Assembly: GCA_030390025.1 (NCBI GenBank) | Contig: CM059432.1 | Span: 115,818,001-115,882,000, forward strand | Direction of reading: 5' to 3' | Length of the DNA: 64,000 nt | Origin: Squalus acanthias | Lineage: Eukaryota | Part shown: piece by piece, positions 1 to 13,232 of the stretch | Layout: every line of letters begins with the position of its first letter | How positions within the stretch are numbered: the first letter of the stretch is position 1 | The notes under the pieces: generated by a model | The model's input: the letters and a program-made list of their open reading frames with translations, nothing else | The model's database searches: none | What the model was told of the DNA's origin: nothing | Position numbers and translations under genes: made by a program

Positions 1-2768
1 GAAGCCCCTTTTGAACACTGGCCCATCGAAGTCCTCATCTAAGTCCTCTGCAGCAGAACTCGTGTGTGGCCTCGCCCTTCAGTGGGCTGGCACCTGCACT
101 ACGCTTTCTACCTTGCCTTGGCTGCAGCGCACTTGTGCCCGGTGTCTCACCATGTGCAGATCCCACCTCTATGCTACCCTTTAAATTACGTGCAGTGTCT
201 ATCTGAGCTGGTGGCTGCGAGTGTGAAATTGAGTGATGGTGTGTCTTCTGTAAGGGTTTCTGACCCGTGTGGCTCTGTGCTCAGCCTGGGTGCTAGTGCG
301 AGGTTAGGCCTTGTTGCCTGTTCTGGTCTCCAGCCAGTCTGGGAGCACTAGACACCTGTGAGTGGTTCGACCCACTCGCCCTTACGGTTCTGACACTGGA
401 CTTAGGTGCGAGAGCAATAATGGAGAGAAAACTCAGGTAGACCCGGTTGAATGGTACAAAATGGAAAATCTTTATTGCATATTATTCAAGATTACGAAAT
501 ACATGTCATAAGCACAGATTAATGACAGTACAATCTTACACGCAGTTATGTAACTAATTTCAGGGAAACGAGGAACGAACGACACATCGTAAATGGGGGC
601 ACACATTACAGTTATCCTTAAAACTTAAACCCTCCCCTATCAATACCTGCTCTAAACTAGATTTGTAGGATCGAGACTCATGCTCACCACTCGTGATAAC
701 TCGGAGAATTCCGAAAACTCTGATCGGATGTTTTTCACCGCAGCACCTGATCACCCACGTGTTGATCAGGGGTCTCTGTACCCCACTTGTTTACTCGTTT
801 CTGCTCCGGCTAGCAGGCTGGACCGTCTGCTGTCATGAAGATCTGTGTTGTCCTCGGAGTTCCGACACGACTCGAAAAATAGTCTTCCTGTGCCCTCACA
901 CTGATTCGATAAAACTCAAAAATAGTCTTCCGATGCCAGTTCTGTAGAACTCAAAGATGGTCTTCCTGGGCAAGGAAAGTGTCTATTCGACCTACAGGCA
1001 CGGTCGGGGCTTACTGACCGTGGCGATATGTATGGTCGTCTTCTTCTCTTCTCATCTCATCTCATCTCGGGCCTTCGGTTCCAACACCGTTTACCGACTT
1101 CTCGGGATGGTGTGCCCGTTTCAAGGCTTCACAGCCCAGTTCCACACAGATCTTCGCGGCAAGCCACGAGGCTGATCCTGGCGGATCGTAAAGTTCAACA
1201 GTCTTTAAAAGCTGCAAGAGGCAGAGACACGAGGCAAGCGGCAAGGAGTCGAAAGGATAAGAGAGAGATGGACGGTTGCAGCTTACAGTTATAGTGCGAA
1301 AACTCTTCTTTTCCCGCCCAACCTTAATGTCTTTTCTTTTGTTAGGGTTTTGGCGCTCAAATTTCTTGTATAGGGTGATCTCCGTATTAATGGGTTTCGG
1401 GGATACTCGTAACTGTCTGAGTACCTGTTAATACTTTTCCAATGTGTAACCGGTCGGTATTCTCCCTGGAGGGGTTTTGGGGCTTCCAAATGTTTTCTGT
1501 AACTACCCGCAAACGGCTCTCTCATCGTAGAGTCATGGGGATTTTGCATATTAATGTCTTTGGATGGGTTCTTGATCGCTTGGTACAATAGCCCTTATTC
1601 GCACCTGGGAGACCGATTCCAGTATTTATGTGTATACTGCAAACCCATAATGTCTCGTGTATTATCTCAAATGTGCTGAGTCTTGATCGATCTCGCACAA
1701 ATGTTTATTGGAACGCCATCTTGTCTGCTTATCGAAAAGTCTAGAATGTTCTGCCACGAGGCGTGGCGGCCATTTTACAGGCTGCTTGTGTCCACTTTGA
1801 AAACCTGACAGCATTCTGCTGAAATAAAGCTGTTTGAACGAAACTATGTGTTTTCTCCTTATTTATAAAATCGCGATATATTGCGAATTCTACACTTCAT
1901 CTTCACTGTCTTCCTGCTCTTCCTCCACTGCCTGGCCAGGTTGCAGTTCTTGGGTATCTGAAATGAAAAAGGGACAAGACTTGGGTTGTGGTGATGGGAG
2001 AGGAGAAAATAAGAGGTGCTTGCTTACACCATTTGCAGCTTGTAAGTCAGAAGAGATTGAGGGATGAGAGAGAAATGGGATGTGGGAAAGAGGATTAGGT
2101 ATGAGGATACCATCATCGTCAATGGATTCAGCCCCGCCGGTGGCCATGGCCTCAGTGATGCCTCTCCCCATATGCCAGCACCGTTTCCTTCGTGGCGGTC
2201 AGAACATGCATGCACACCTGTCTCCCTCCGGTTAGCTCCTGCTGCCTCCGGTTGTGCGCCACCTTCTGCAAGAGAGAGGGACGTGTGTCAGTCAGTGTCG
2301 TGCAATCTGTTTGGGTGCTGTGGCTGTCATGGTTGAATAGCTGGCAGTGTGTGCAAGCTGTGAGATGTGGGTTTGAGGTTTGCAACAGTGCAAAGTGTGT
2401 GAGGGTAAGGTAAAGCATATGAATGTTAGGGTTGAATCCTGATTGATAGAGATTGTTGGTAGGTGAGTGATGGGTGTGTGGTGAATTGAGCAGTGACTGA
2501 GGCTAGTGGTGCAATTGGTGGGATATTTGAAGATGCATTCACTGACCTTGAACCCTCATGTGAGATCATTGAACTTCTTCCGGCACAGCATCCAGGTCCT
2601 TGGGGCTGTGCTCCTGGCATTGACCTCTGCAGTTATCTGTTCACACGGCCCTCTCATCATGTGTCTGGAGGGCCTCCTGCCCCCCTGAGGATACAGGATA
2701 TCTCTCCTCCTTTCCACCTCCTCCACCAAGACATCCAGTACAGCATCCGAAAACCCACTCTCTCCCAT
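1..2768 (-). pseudogene. Harbinger Myb/SANT (NAIF1-like) DNA-binding protein gene, 3 exons (2768-2547, 2265-2111, 1957-<1), exon 3 split by LTR
   Basis: ATG at 2768, donor CAAG|GTCAGT, acceptors TTGCAG and TTTCAG; translation resembles the Myb genes at 22006, 43375 and 50682; in-frame stop at end of exon 1. Confidence 0.8.
249..1894 (-). mobile_element. Long solo LTR (1646 bp; Gypsy- or ERV-type)
   Basis: TGTA...TACA termini; exact 4-bp TSD CTTC (245-248 / 1895-1898); AATAAA on minus strand at ~471-476; removing it restores the Myb exon-3 reading EEQEDSEDEDTPSL; no coding content. Confidence 0.85.
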
Positions 2769-3306
2769 GGTCAGACATTCTTCACTCTTTCCCAGCTCAG
2801 AGTCACTTGCAGTACGACTCCCAGCACCTGCTCCAGCCACAATCCACATTCCCTTTAAGAGGTGCAGGCTAGCTTTAATTAGTGCAGGCTAGCTTTAAGT
2901 AGTGCAAGTTCATAACGATATCGGGCTCCATGCTGATGTGTGCAGCCAATGAACAGCGTGGGTAGCGCTGGCTGCACGCAGCAATCAGTGTAATGAGCAG
3001 GCAGCTTAAAGTTGGCACGCTGCTTGTACTCCACTCAATGGGCGCGGGTTAATAATGCAACACGATCCCCGCACCCATTTTCGGTGGCTAACCAATTTAA
3101 CTCCCCTGAGCTACAAGGAGAGACCCTGAAATTTGGGGCTGACAGTGCACAACTATTGATAAGGTCACCCTTCAGGAGGAGTCTACCAGAATGGCTGCAA
3201 ACTACACTAGAACCTTGATCTGCTATCTCCTGGCCACAGGACAATGTTTCGGAGTTGGCCTTGTGGGAAGAGAGCCTCCATCTGTCCCGATGGGAGGACC
3301 ACCGCT

Positions 3307-3865
3307 CCACTCCCACTCAGACCTCACCGTCCTCGGCCTCTTACACCGTTCCAATGAAGCTCAACGTAAGCTCGAGGAACAGCACCTCATCTTTCGATTC
3401 GGCACTTTACAGCCTTCTGGACTCAACATAGAGTTCAACAATTTCAGACCATAACCTCTGGCCCTATTTTTTTTTCCATTCATTTTATTTATTATTTGTA
3501 TTTATTTATTTATTATTTTTTTTTTTACATTTCATCTAGAGCCATCTTTTGTTTCTTAACTTGTCCCATTACCATCTCCTTTTGCCTTGCACCGTCTCTT
3601 AATGTCTCTTAATCTCTCCTGCCTTCCATCCTATCACAGACCTTCCCTTTTGTTCTTTCCTCCCCTCCCCCCTTTCCCTGCCCCTGCACTTGCTTAAAAA
3701 CCTGTTCGATCTCCAGCTTTTTCCAGTCTGACGAAGGGTCATCGACCTGAAACATTAACTCTGTTTCTCTCTTCACAGATGCTGCCTGACCTGCTAAGTA
3801 TTTCCAGCATTTTCTGTTTTTATTTCAGATGTCCAGCATCCGCAGTATTTTGCTTTTGTATTTTT
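3307..3865 (+). mobile_element. Penelope-like element 3' end (GIY-YIG endonuclease C-terminus + terminal repeat)
   Basis: HSHSDLTVLGLLH..NEAQRKLEEQHLIFRFGTLQPSGLNIEFNNF; terminal repeat CTGACGAAGGGTCATCGACCTGAAAC...GATGCTGCCTGACCTGCT. Confidence 0.85.
3724..3762 (+). ncRNA. Degenerate minimal hammerhead ribozyme in Penelope terminus
   Basis: CTGACGA (3728-34), stem II GGTC/GACC, GAAA (3749-52); stem III reads ACAT rather than palindromic ACGT and stem I is weak. Confidence 0.6.
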
Positions 3866-4417
3866 GTTAAAATGAGTGATATTGGATTGGCCGCCTGCTT
3901 TTCACCCCTGCCGAAGTTGAAAGTTCCTGTGCATCTAACTCGGCACAGATTGGGATTGAATCTGGGATCTTCCTGGTTTAGTAGGCCTCATCCACACTGA
4001 ACGGTCAGAAGAGCAAGGTAACCTTGTTAGCAGTGCAGCCGTGATTTGGCTGTCATCCTTAGAGCTTCACTGGCTAGGGTCTGAAAAGTCATCTCCACTT
4101 GCAGAAGCATTAATAGGAACCTGACACTCAAATTGATCATTAGCTGCATTTTCTGTTTTTATGCCATTGATAGTTTGGGGTATATTTTAACAACAGTATA
4201 GTCGGCCCTGAATTTCCTCGGACTTTCTGCCATTGTGCAGCCATAACATCACGAGAAGTGTGGCAGAAACTCTGTTGATGCGTATAGCACGGGTTTCCAC
4301 TGGACTTCCGGAAGTTACCGTTCAGAACATATGGGACTGAAATTCAACTTTGGCGGATGCGCAAAACATCGGCCACCCGTGATGCACCCGCCTGATTTTT
4401 CTTTCTCTTAAAGTATA

Positions 4418-4854
4418 CAGACAGACTTGCATTTATTTAGCACCTTTTACGACCACCGGACGTCCCAAAGTGCTTTACAGCCAATGAAGTACTTCTTGAA
4501 GTGTAGTCACTGTTGTAATGTGGGAAACGCAGCAGCCAATTGCGCACAGCAAGCTCCCACTAACAGCAATGTGATGATGACCAGATAATCTGTTGATTGA
4601 GGGATAAATATTGGCCAGGACACCGGGGATGACTCCCCTACTCTTTGAAATAGTGCCATGGGATCCTTTACGTCCACCTGAGGTTTAATGTCTTATCCGA
4701 AAGACGGCACCTCTGACAGTGCAGCACTCCCTCAGTACTGCACTGGAGTGTCAGCCTAGTTTTTTGTGCTCAAGTCTCTGGCGTGGGACTTGAACCCACA
4801 ACCTACTGACTCAGAGGCAAGAGATAGTGCTGCCCACTGAGCCACGGCTGACAC
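4418..4854 (-). mobile_element. tRNA-derived Deu-domain SINE (SacSINE1-like)
   Basis: Reverse complement of the SINEs at 7361 and 13233; A box TGGCTCAGTGG, B box GGTTCAAGTCC. Confidence 0.85.
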
Positions 4855-6259
4855 CTGATAGTAGGTGTGCACCGTTAGTTAGGAATGAGACTCCACACTT
4901 GTTCCCTTTCTGGGCTGGAGATGTAGACAGAGGACGGGAGGCGGGAGGCGCATGACACTGATTTTGCTTTTTGGAAACCCTGGAGTGTCTCTCTGAGGCA
5001 ATCATATTTTTATTATAGTTTGTTTAAATTGCATTGAGGCAATCACTTTTCCAGAAAGAATTCAGACTCAATTCACAGCGTCAGGTTAGCAGATTCTGTA
5101 TTGCTCAGAAAATCAAAGTTGTTTCTGTATGAGGCTGCATATCTTTTTTAAAACGAGCATCTGCTTGAGCAGGCTAACGTGCTGAGTGAACTTGACTCAT
5201 AAATCTTATAATTAATGAATCAGCTAACACATCCTACACGTTTTTGCAGAAATAAACCTTTTTCTCTCCTCCCTTTTCTCTTAGAACTTCACATTTTCCA
5301 AAGTATCATCAGAGATCAACACTCTTGTTCCTTGTACATTGATAAGATAAAAAGGACAAAAATCACATGTATAATCACACGGCTTGTTCATTTTTCACAC
5401 TACACTCCAGCATGGAAGTCCTTGCCTTATGTGATCCATTTATCAGGACAAAAAAGAAAAGGTCAGTTGCTTTGCAAGGAATATGCTGCATCTTGCAGAA
5501 GGTGCTACATGGGTGCTTGATGACTCAGTGATCTAATTACCTCCTCCGTCGTTTGTTAGTGTTCCAAGGATAGAAGGCTGGAGGTCAAAACAAATCCGTT
5601 TTGTTTTGTGAAAATGAATCTGTTTGCTACGCATTTATGTGACAGCTTTTCGTCTCTGTGAATCTCATGGATGTGCTCTTGATTCATATCATTTGCATCA
5701 CATTTCAGATTAGGTCCTCCTGGAACTCCTCTGCCAGACGGAGTTAAGTCCTGAGTCTCACAGGATTACCATTGTGGTTCTGTCACTTAAATGTGGAATA
5801 TAAATTGGCAAAGTCATCCTGCACTGTTCGAAGAAATAAAACCGTGGTCTGATCGGACACAAGTCCAAGCTTAACATTCCAAGCACGGTCTCAACTGGTT
5901 TATCTGTGGGAGGCACTGGGCAAAGTTGAGGCAATGCACCACAAAGTGAGGGGAGGAAAGGTCAGACATTGAGTCAAGATGAGTTGCTCTTGTTGACATC
6001 CCAGTGGTCAATTACAGAGCAGCACCAGCAGGAGTAATGTTTGTAACTCACAACGGAGGCATCTTTTTTTCAACACGACAGCAATGGTGCTACTTGCACT
6101 CAGCTGACTAATTATGGCAGTATTTGTATCCACTGCTCCAGTGTGTCTAAACAATGATGTGGAAAATTGAATCTTTCAATCTCTTAATTGAATTGTTACT
6201 TCAATACACTGAGTAGCAAAGCAACAAAATATATGTTTTGATTTTACTTGGCAACAAAA

Positions 6260-6760
6260 CTGGGGCTGGGTCTGCCTGTAGCACGGGTAGGTTTGTGTTG
6301 GCCGCCGAGAAAGCGGACTTCACTGAATATCGCAAGGCTAGTTCCTTTTTATAATATTAAATATGTTTCCTGTGCATGGGAAAAAGGCCGAGGTAGCCAG
6401 GCCGGCAGTGTGATTGGCTGCAGGGCAGGATATCTGAAAAGGCAGCACCTCTTAAAGGACTGCTGTCACCATTAGGGGGAGTGGAGCTTTTGGGTGTGGT
6501 AACGTTTATGGTGTGAGTTAAAAGACATACTCATTGTTAGCTCACTTTCTGGGAGTCTGCATTGGCAAAATGTGTTCCATTAGGACTATTGGCAAGACTT
6601 ACTGATTTACAGAGCACATCTTGGAGATCCGGTTGCAGGAGGACAGCCCTGTTGGAGTGGAAGGTCTCCTAGCAAAGCAGAAATGCAGTTTGCTTGGATG
6701 AAGGTAGCCCACAGAATCTAGCTTCTGGTACCAGGAGGAATGCCAAGGCTATCTTTACTA
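6260..6760 (+). mobile_element. Highly decayed Harbinger end with Myb exon-1 remnant
   Basis: GCACCTCTTAAAGG motif (~6445) shared with other copies, followed by degenerate ...AWMKVAHRI-like sequence. Confidence 0.4.
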
Positions 6761-7360
6761 TTAGGAAATAGTACGCACAGCACAAGCCATAATTGTGAGC
6801 TGCAGTAAGGCAGCTTGCAAAGCTTGGAGACAAACTTTTCTGATTTTCTGCACCCTTTTATTACGGAAAAGCAACAGCCCCCACTTTTTGTGGGCACACG
6901 AATAGCATGGACTGTAACACATAAAAGTTGTAAGGTGTGCTCAGAAGCAGCATTGCCACCAGAAACAATATGCACGCTGCACTGGACTGCACTCACACAC
7001 GGTGAGTGCACATCTATCCAAACCAGCCCGCCCTCTCAAAGTGCTGCCCCCAGGAGTGGCTGTGTGGACGCTCTGCCTGTTTCTAATATCTGGATGTCTT
7101 GTGTGCGCTTCCAGGTAAATTTGATCACAACCAACCTGCATGTGCATTGGTGGGGGAGCTGCCAGCTTGAATGCAAGGAGATGGGACTGTGCATTTTTGA
7201 TCTGGAGCCTATGAAAGGAGTAAAGGAGACACAGTCTGGAACTGGGGCAAGCATCCACCTATTGTTACTTTCATATATTTGCATCATAATCTTGTTAGAA
7301 GGCATTCCATCGAGAAATCACTGTAATACATCTTTTTTTATAGGGTCTTTCCATGATGTA

Positions 7361-7826
7361 GTGTCATCTGTGGCTCAGTGGGTAGCACACTCGCCTCTGA
7401 GTCAGAAGGTTGTGGGTTCAAGTCCCACTCCAGGGACTGGCGCACATAAAGCTGGGCTGACACTCCAGTGCCAGTACTGAGGGAATGCTGCACTGTTGGA
7501 GGTGCTGTCTTTCAGAGGAGACGTTAAACCGAGGCCCCGTCTGCTCTCTCAGGTGGCCGTAAGAGATCCCATGGCACTATTTCGAAGAAGAGCAGGGGAG
7601 TTATCCCTGGTGTCCTGCCAATATTTCTCCCTCAACCAACATAACAAAAACAGATTATCTGGTCATTTTCACATTGCTGTTTGTGGGATCTTGCTGTGCA
7701 CAAAATGGCTGCTGCGTTTCCCACATTACAACAGTGACTCCACTTCAAAAGTACTTCATTGGCTGTAAAGCACTTTGAGACGTCCGGTGGTCGTGAAAGG
7801 CGCTATATAAATGCAAGTCTTTCTTT
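7361..7826 (+). mobile_element. tRNA-derived Deu-domain SINE (SacSINE1-like)
   Basis: GTGGCTCAGTGGGTAGCA...GGTTCAAGTCCCACTCCA head; core GATCCCATGGCACTATTTCGAAGAAGAGCAGGGG; tail AAAGGCGCTATATAAATGCAAGTCTTTC. Confidence 0.9.
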
Positions 7827-8754
7827 TATGAGATGGCATCAGCTGATGGTGGTCAGGTTTGTCACATCATGTCACACACTCCATCTGGAAAAAGCACCAA
7901 TTCAGATCCAAGCACCCTGGGCCATTTAGATAGTAAGCTTGAGAAGGAAGCACTAGGCTAAGCACCCCATTACAAATAAGAAGAGGCATGTAGAGGTGGT
8001 AGCTGAAGAACAGCAATCAACTGTCTTGGTTTTAAACTGGAAGCCTTATGGAGTGCATGGAAAGTTAATGGCAATCTGCCGAGGAGGACCCAAATATAAA
8101 GGGACCAAGGTCAGACACAGTTTCTTTCACAAACAGTATGCCTTTGGCTTTTGAGAACTCAGCCTCCACCTTATAAGAGTCTTTCGCTGACGGATTTGAT
8201 AGGCTAGGTGATCTATTTGAAAGAGACATGTCAGCAGGTTTCACACTCCTCATTGATACCCTGTAGTCTGCTGTTGTGCAGGGATGCCCAGCAGTTAGGC
8301 CATAGCAGGAGAAGGGATAGATTCGGAAGTTTCCTCTCAGGGTGACTGCACAAACATCAAACCAGCCAGACCCCTCAAAGGAGCAAAGAAGTAATTGTTA
8401 GCTGTCAGATGCTTGCTTCTTCTTCTCAGATACTAGGATCATCTCATGAACCTCCATCCAGAGGTACAAGGCCAACTCCATCCCTTTAGAACTCCACTGA
8501 ACAACAGCAGCCTGTCACCACAGTTGGTCCTCCCAGTCAGCAAACACTGACACATAGGTTCGTCAGTAGGACAAGCTTGTCTTATAGGGTCATGAAGGGA
8601 AGCAGAGGGGTAGGCACTAGAAACAGTTCCTTATGCAAATTTCACTTAATAAACCATGAACAATTTACTTCTTCTTAGTGTGGACTGTTTTTTGGGAAAG
8701 GCCATGTTAAGGTAACAGCAGATATTAGAATGGTGAACAAGGGCAATTAAGCTA

Positions 8755-8812
8755 TCATAGAAGAGAACAGCACAGAAAAAGGCCATTCGGCCCATTGAGT
8801 CTGCGCTGGCCG
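8755..8812 (-). mobile_element. Short CR1 3'-end fragment
   Basis: CATAGAA tail plus ACAGCACAGAAA..AGGCCATTCGGCCCA, the reverse of a CR1 3' UTR. Confidence 0.55.
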
Positions 8813-9196
8813 TAGGTTAAAATGTAAGGCATGCAGTTTCTTGGTATGCTGTCTGTAATACTTGTTCTAGGGCTCAATATGGGAATTATTGGGAGCTGTT
8901 ATCAATGAGTGACTGCCATTGCAATCTTCTAGCTGCACCTCTGCTTCCTTCATTTCCTCCCCTTTCTCATCATTTTTCTATATCTGCATCATTGGGCTTC
9001 CTCTTTATCCCGCTGCATGCTTACTCTTCTTTACATTATGAAGTTGTGCAACATGAAGTAGACTGTGATTATTTCGGACACCTTTTCTGTCTATAGGGGA
9101 GGACTGCCACCTGAGCAGTCCAAACAGCGGATTCTTTGCTTTCGCATCGCAATGGTCTGCTCCACAGTAATTCTAATTATGTTGAAGCATGCAACT

Positions 9197-9573
9197 AGCC
9201 CAGATTTTAACCTGGGGTTTGGGGGAGGGATTTGGGGGCGTGGGACTGATCCTCCTGGTCTACAAAGAACCTTTGAAAAATAAAAAAAAGACCTATCTGG
9301 ACCTCTTCTTGCCATGAGCCTGCCTGCTGCCAGCTTTCACTGACGGGCCTTAAATGATCTGCAGTTAAAATTGCGTGCATGTTGGAATGGCGGAATTAGG
9401 CCCTCGAATGTGGCGGGAGTGGGGGCGGTAGGAACTGTCCCGAAGCCAAAAAATTGCCGATTAAAATGATGTGCGGTGTAAACGATTTGGGAACGATGTG
9501 GAACGTTCCCAAATCTGATTTTAAACCCCCACTTGTCACGCTCCCCCGGGCAGACTAGGTTAAAATCGCACCT
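9197..9573. mobile_element. Degenerate Harbinger-type MITE
   Basis: Inverted ends GATTTTAACCT ... AGGTTAAAATC. Confidence 0.5.
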
Positions 9574-9619
9574 TTTACAGCAGTTTTTAAAGGCTTTAAA
9601 CAAGTAAGATGGGGGTAGG

Positions 9620-12600
9620 GATCTACACGAAACATAACGAGCCTAAATATAAACAAAACAGGAAAAGAGAGCACAAGAAAGAATAAAGTTAGGGAGGACA
9701 TTCATGACAAGGGAATAAATAGAGTTATAGAACAGAAATCTAAAAAGATGGTTCAACATAAAGTGAGAGGAAATCCTATAAAAATGAGTTAAACTGTCTG
9801 TACAGCAATGCACACAGTGTCCGTAATAAAACAGGGGAGCTGGAGGCAATCTTACGTTGCGAGGAACCAGACATAGTAGGGATTACTGAGACATGGCTAC
9901 AGAAAAATCAGGACTGGGAGTTAAACATTGCAGGGTATAACATATTTTGGAAAGATAGGGAGGGAAAAAGGGGAGGTGGAGTAGCTGTACTTATTAGGGA
10001 TAACATAATGGCAGTAGAAAAAAGTGATGCAGATATCAGCAAGACAAAAATAGAATCCATATGGATAGAGATAAAAGATAATAAAGGATCAATCACACTA
10101 ATAGGCATAGTCTACAGACCACCTAATAGTGGAAGGGAGGTGGAAGAAGAAATATGCAGACAAATTAGGGAAATGAGTAAAAAACATAGAATAATAATCA
10201 TGGGGGATTTCAACTACCCTGATATTAATTGGACAGAAGAGGTAGGTAAAGGGGATAAGGGAATGGAGTTCCTACAATGTGTACAGGACTCCTTACTAAC
10301 CCAATATATAAAATGCCCAACAAGGGAGGAATTGATATTGGATCTAGTAATGGGGAATGAACCAGAGCAGATAAGAGAAGTAAAAGTAGGGGAACATATA
10401 AGCAATAGTGACCATAATATAAGACGCTTTAAGATGATAATTGAGAAGGACGTAAGTATGACGAAAACCAGGTTAATAGATTGGAGAAAAGCTGATTTTG
10501 AGGGACTGAGAATAGAACTTGGGAAACTAAAATGGACAACAATATTGGCAAACAACGATGTAGAACAGCAATGGGAAACATTTAAAACGATGTTCAACAG
10601 AGTACAGGAAAAATATATTCCACTAAAAAAAAAGAACAAACTAAACACTAATGAGACACCATGGATGAATAAAGCCATAAGGGAACAATTGAGGGTAAGG
10701 ATAGAGGCATACATTAAGTACACAGACAGCAGGGGAGTGCATGATAAGAGAGAATACAAAAAGATTGGGAGAGAAGTCAAAAAAACAATTAGGGAGGCAA
10801 AGAGGAACTCTGAAATTAAATTATCAAGGAACAAAACAAAATAGTAAAATATTTTATAGGCACATCAATAAAAAAAGGAAGGTTGGGATGGGAATAGGGC
10901 CATTAAGGGATAGTCAGGACAATACCACAGGTAACGATAGAGAGATGGCAGAAATATTAAATAATTATTTTGCTTCAGTATTTACCAGGGAGGTAGAACA
11001 GGTGGACATGACATTGGATGATGAGATTAGTAATGAGATACGTGCATTTAAAATAAAAAAGGGGATATATTAAATAAATTAATCAAACTCAAAGAGGATA
11101 AAACCCCTGGTCCGGATGGATTGCATCCACGCATTTTAAAAGAATCCAGGGAAGGGATAGCAGAGGCATTACTACACATATTTAATAATTCGTTAGAAAA
11201 AGGTGTAGTGCCAGAGGACTGGCAGATAGCTAACGTAATACCGATATTTAAGAAGGGGAAAGAACATGTCCAGGGAATTATAGACCAATCAGCTTAACAT
11301 CGGTGGTAGGAAAAATAATGGAATCCCTGCTAAAGGAGAAAATAGAAGAACATCTAGAAACCAAAAATATAATAATGAATAGTCAGCATGGATTCCAAAA
11401 GGGAAAATCTTGCTTGACCAACCTTATTGAATTTTTTGATGAGGTAACAGAGAGAGTAGACAATAGTAATACAGTAGATGTAATTTATCTGGATTTTCAA
11501 AAGGCCTTCGATAAGGTACCACATAATAGACTGATGAACAAGGTCAGAGAATGCGGAGTCAGGGGACAAGTAGCAGAATGGATTGCTGACTGGCTTCAGG
11601 ACAGAAACCAGAGAGTGGGAGTAAAAGGGTAGCTATTCACAGTGGCAGAAGGTGGGTAGTGATGTTTCACAAGGATCAGTGCTGGGACCACTGCTGTTCA
11701 CAATTTACATTAACGATTTAGACTTTGGAATCAAAAACACAATTTCTAAATTTGCAGATGAGACCAAATTGTGGGGGATAGTCAATACTGAGGAGGACTG
11801 CAACAAATTACAGTAGGACATTAATAAACTTGCAGAATGGGCATATAATTGGCAAATGAAGTTCAACACAGATAAATGTGAGGTATTACATTTTGGTAGG
11901 AAGAATAGGGAGGTCACTTATCACTTGGAGGGTGCGAGTCTAGGGGTAGAGGAACAAAGGGATCTCGGAGTACAAATACACAAATCAATAAAAGTTGCGA
12001 CACAGGTTAGCAAGGCCATAAAAAAAGCAAACCAAGCACTAGGGTTTATTTCTAGAGGGATAGAATTGAAAAGTAGAGAAGTTATGCTAAACCTGCATCG
12101 AACCTTGGTTAGACCACACTTGCAGTACTTCGTACAGTTCTGGTCGCCATATTATAAAAAGGATATAGAGGCACTGGAGAGGGTGCAGAGAAGATTTACA
12201 AGGATGATACCAGAAATGCGAGGGTATACATATCAGGAAAGGATGAACAGGCTGGGTCTCTTTTCTCTTGAAAAAAGAAGGCTGAGGGGTGACCTAATAG
12301 AGGTCTTTAAAATTATGAAAGGTTTTGATAGAGTGGATACAGAGAGAATGTTTCCACTTGTGGGGAAGAGCATAACTAGAGGCTATCAATATTAGATAGT
12401 CACCAAGAAATCCAATAGGGAATTCAGAAGAAACTTCTTTACCCAAAGAGTGGTGAGAATGTGGAACTCGCTACCACAGGGAGTGGTTGAAGCAAATAGT
12501 ATAGATGCATTTAAGGGGAGGCTGGACAAACGTATGAGGGAAAAGAGAATAGAGGGTTTTGATGATAGATTTAGATGAGGAAAGACGGGAGGAGGCTCGA

Positions 12601-12679
12601 GTGGAGCATAAACGTCGGCATGGACTGGTTGGGCTGAATGGCCTGTTTCTGTGCCGTATATCCCATGTAATCCTATGTA
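9620..12679 (+). mobile_element. CR1 LINE, ORF2 (APE endonuclease + RT) with stops and frameshifts, intact 3' end
   Basis: VYRPP, GDFN, SDH, QHGF, YLDFQKAFDKVPH, RPHL..VQFWSP motifs in ORFs at 10008, 11303 and 11856; 3' UTR ending ATCCTATGT. Confidence 0.95.
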
Positions 12680-12689
12680 GTTTTCCAAT

Positions 12690-13210
12690 AGGCCATCAGC
12701 TGTGGCTGTCAAGGATAGCCAAAGTCGTCCAGCAGCTATCTATCCAGTCTCTGTGAGCCTTCAACCAGCGTAGGCACTGTGGATTGTTGTATAATGAAGG
12801 CATAATGAGTGCTTTTGGGATAATGGACAGTTACTTGCATTATGACTTTTCTGTGGTGAGACATCACCTGAACATTAACTGAATGGAAGGCCTTTCGGTC
12901 CAAGCAACCCATATGTTGATCTGAGGAGGCCTGATGTCCATATAGGTACCATCTACTATGCCCTGTACTCTTTGGAATGCTGTCACCTAGTGAACAGTCT
13001 ATGTCCTGTACAACTGATGCCTTCTTTTCGCATGGATACTGACAAAAGTGTTGCCTCTTGCAAGTATTACATCTTTCACTTGCTTGGTGCATTTATTGAC
13101 TGCAGTCTGGCTGGTTTGGCAGATGTCCCCTGTGGTAGGTTGGAAGGATCCAGTGGCATAAACGCTTAATACTGTGGTAACTTTCATAGCTATGGGAAGA
13201 ACCATTCCTC
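12690..13210 (-). pseudogene. Decayed Harbinger transposase fragment
   Basis: VLPIAMKVTTVLSVYATGSFQ..GDICQ and DRKAFHSVNVQV in ORFs 12999-13205 and 12736-13092. Confidence 0.75.
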
Positions 13211-13232
13211 TTCTTGCAGGGCACAGACATAA

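Larger units (their letters stand above)
1..3105 (-). mobile_element. PIF/Harbinger DNA transposon (copy H0), Myb-gene end; continues beyond window start; interrupted by a solo LTR
   Basis: TIR-like end AATTTAACTCCC at ~3094-3105; Myb/SANT exon on minus strand (FSDAVLDVLVEEVERRRDILYP...WMLCRKKFNDLT); exon layout matches other copies in the window. Confidence 0.85.

Noticed and set aside
5709..5754. Possible host terminal exon (TTTCAG|..LGPPGTPLPDGVKS*) with downstream AATAAA
   Set aside because: Too short, no recognisable homology and no partner exons; compatible with chance.
7369..7432. tRNA gene
   Set aside because: It is the tRNA-derived head of a SINE, followed by the Deu core and tail in all three copies.
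6815..7480. 221-aa ORF
   Set aside because: No domain motifs; runs into a SINE; likely a chance ORF in decayed repeat sequence.
10214..10834. Hydrophobic 206-aa 'membrane protein' ORF and similar antisense ORFs
   Set aside because: Antisense shadow of A-rich CR1 ORF2.
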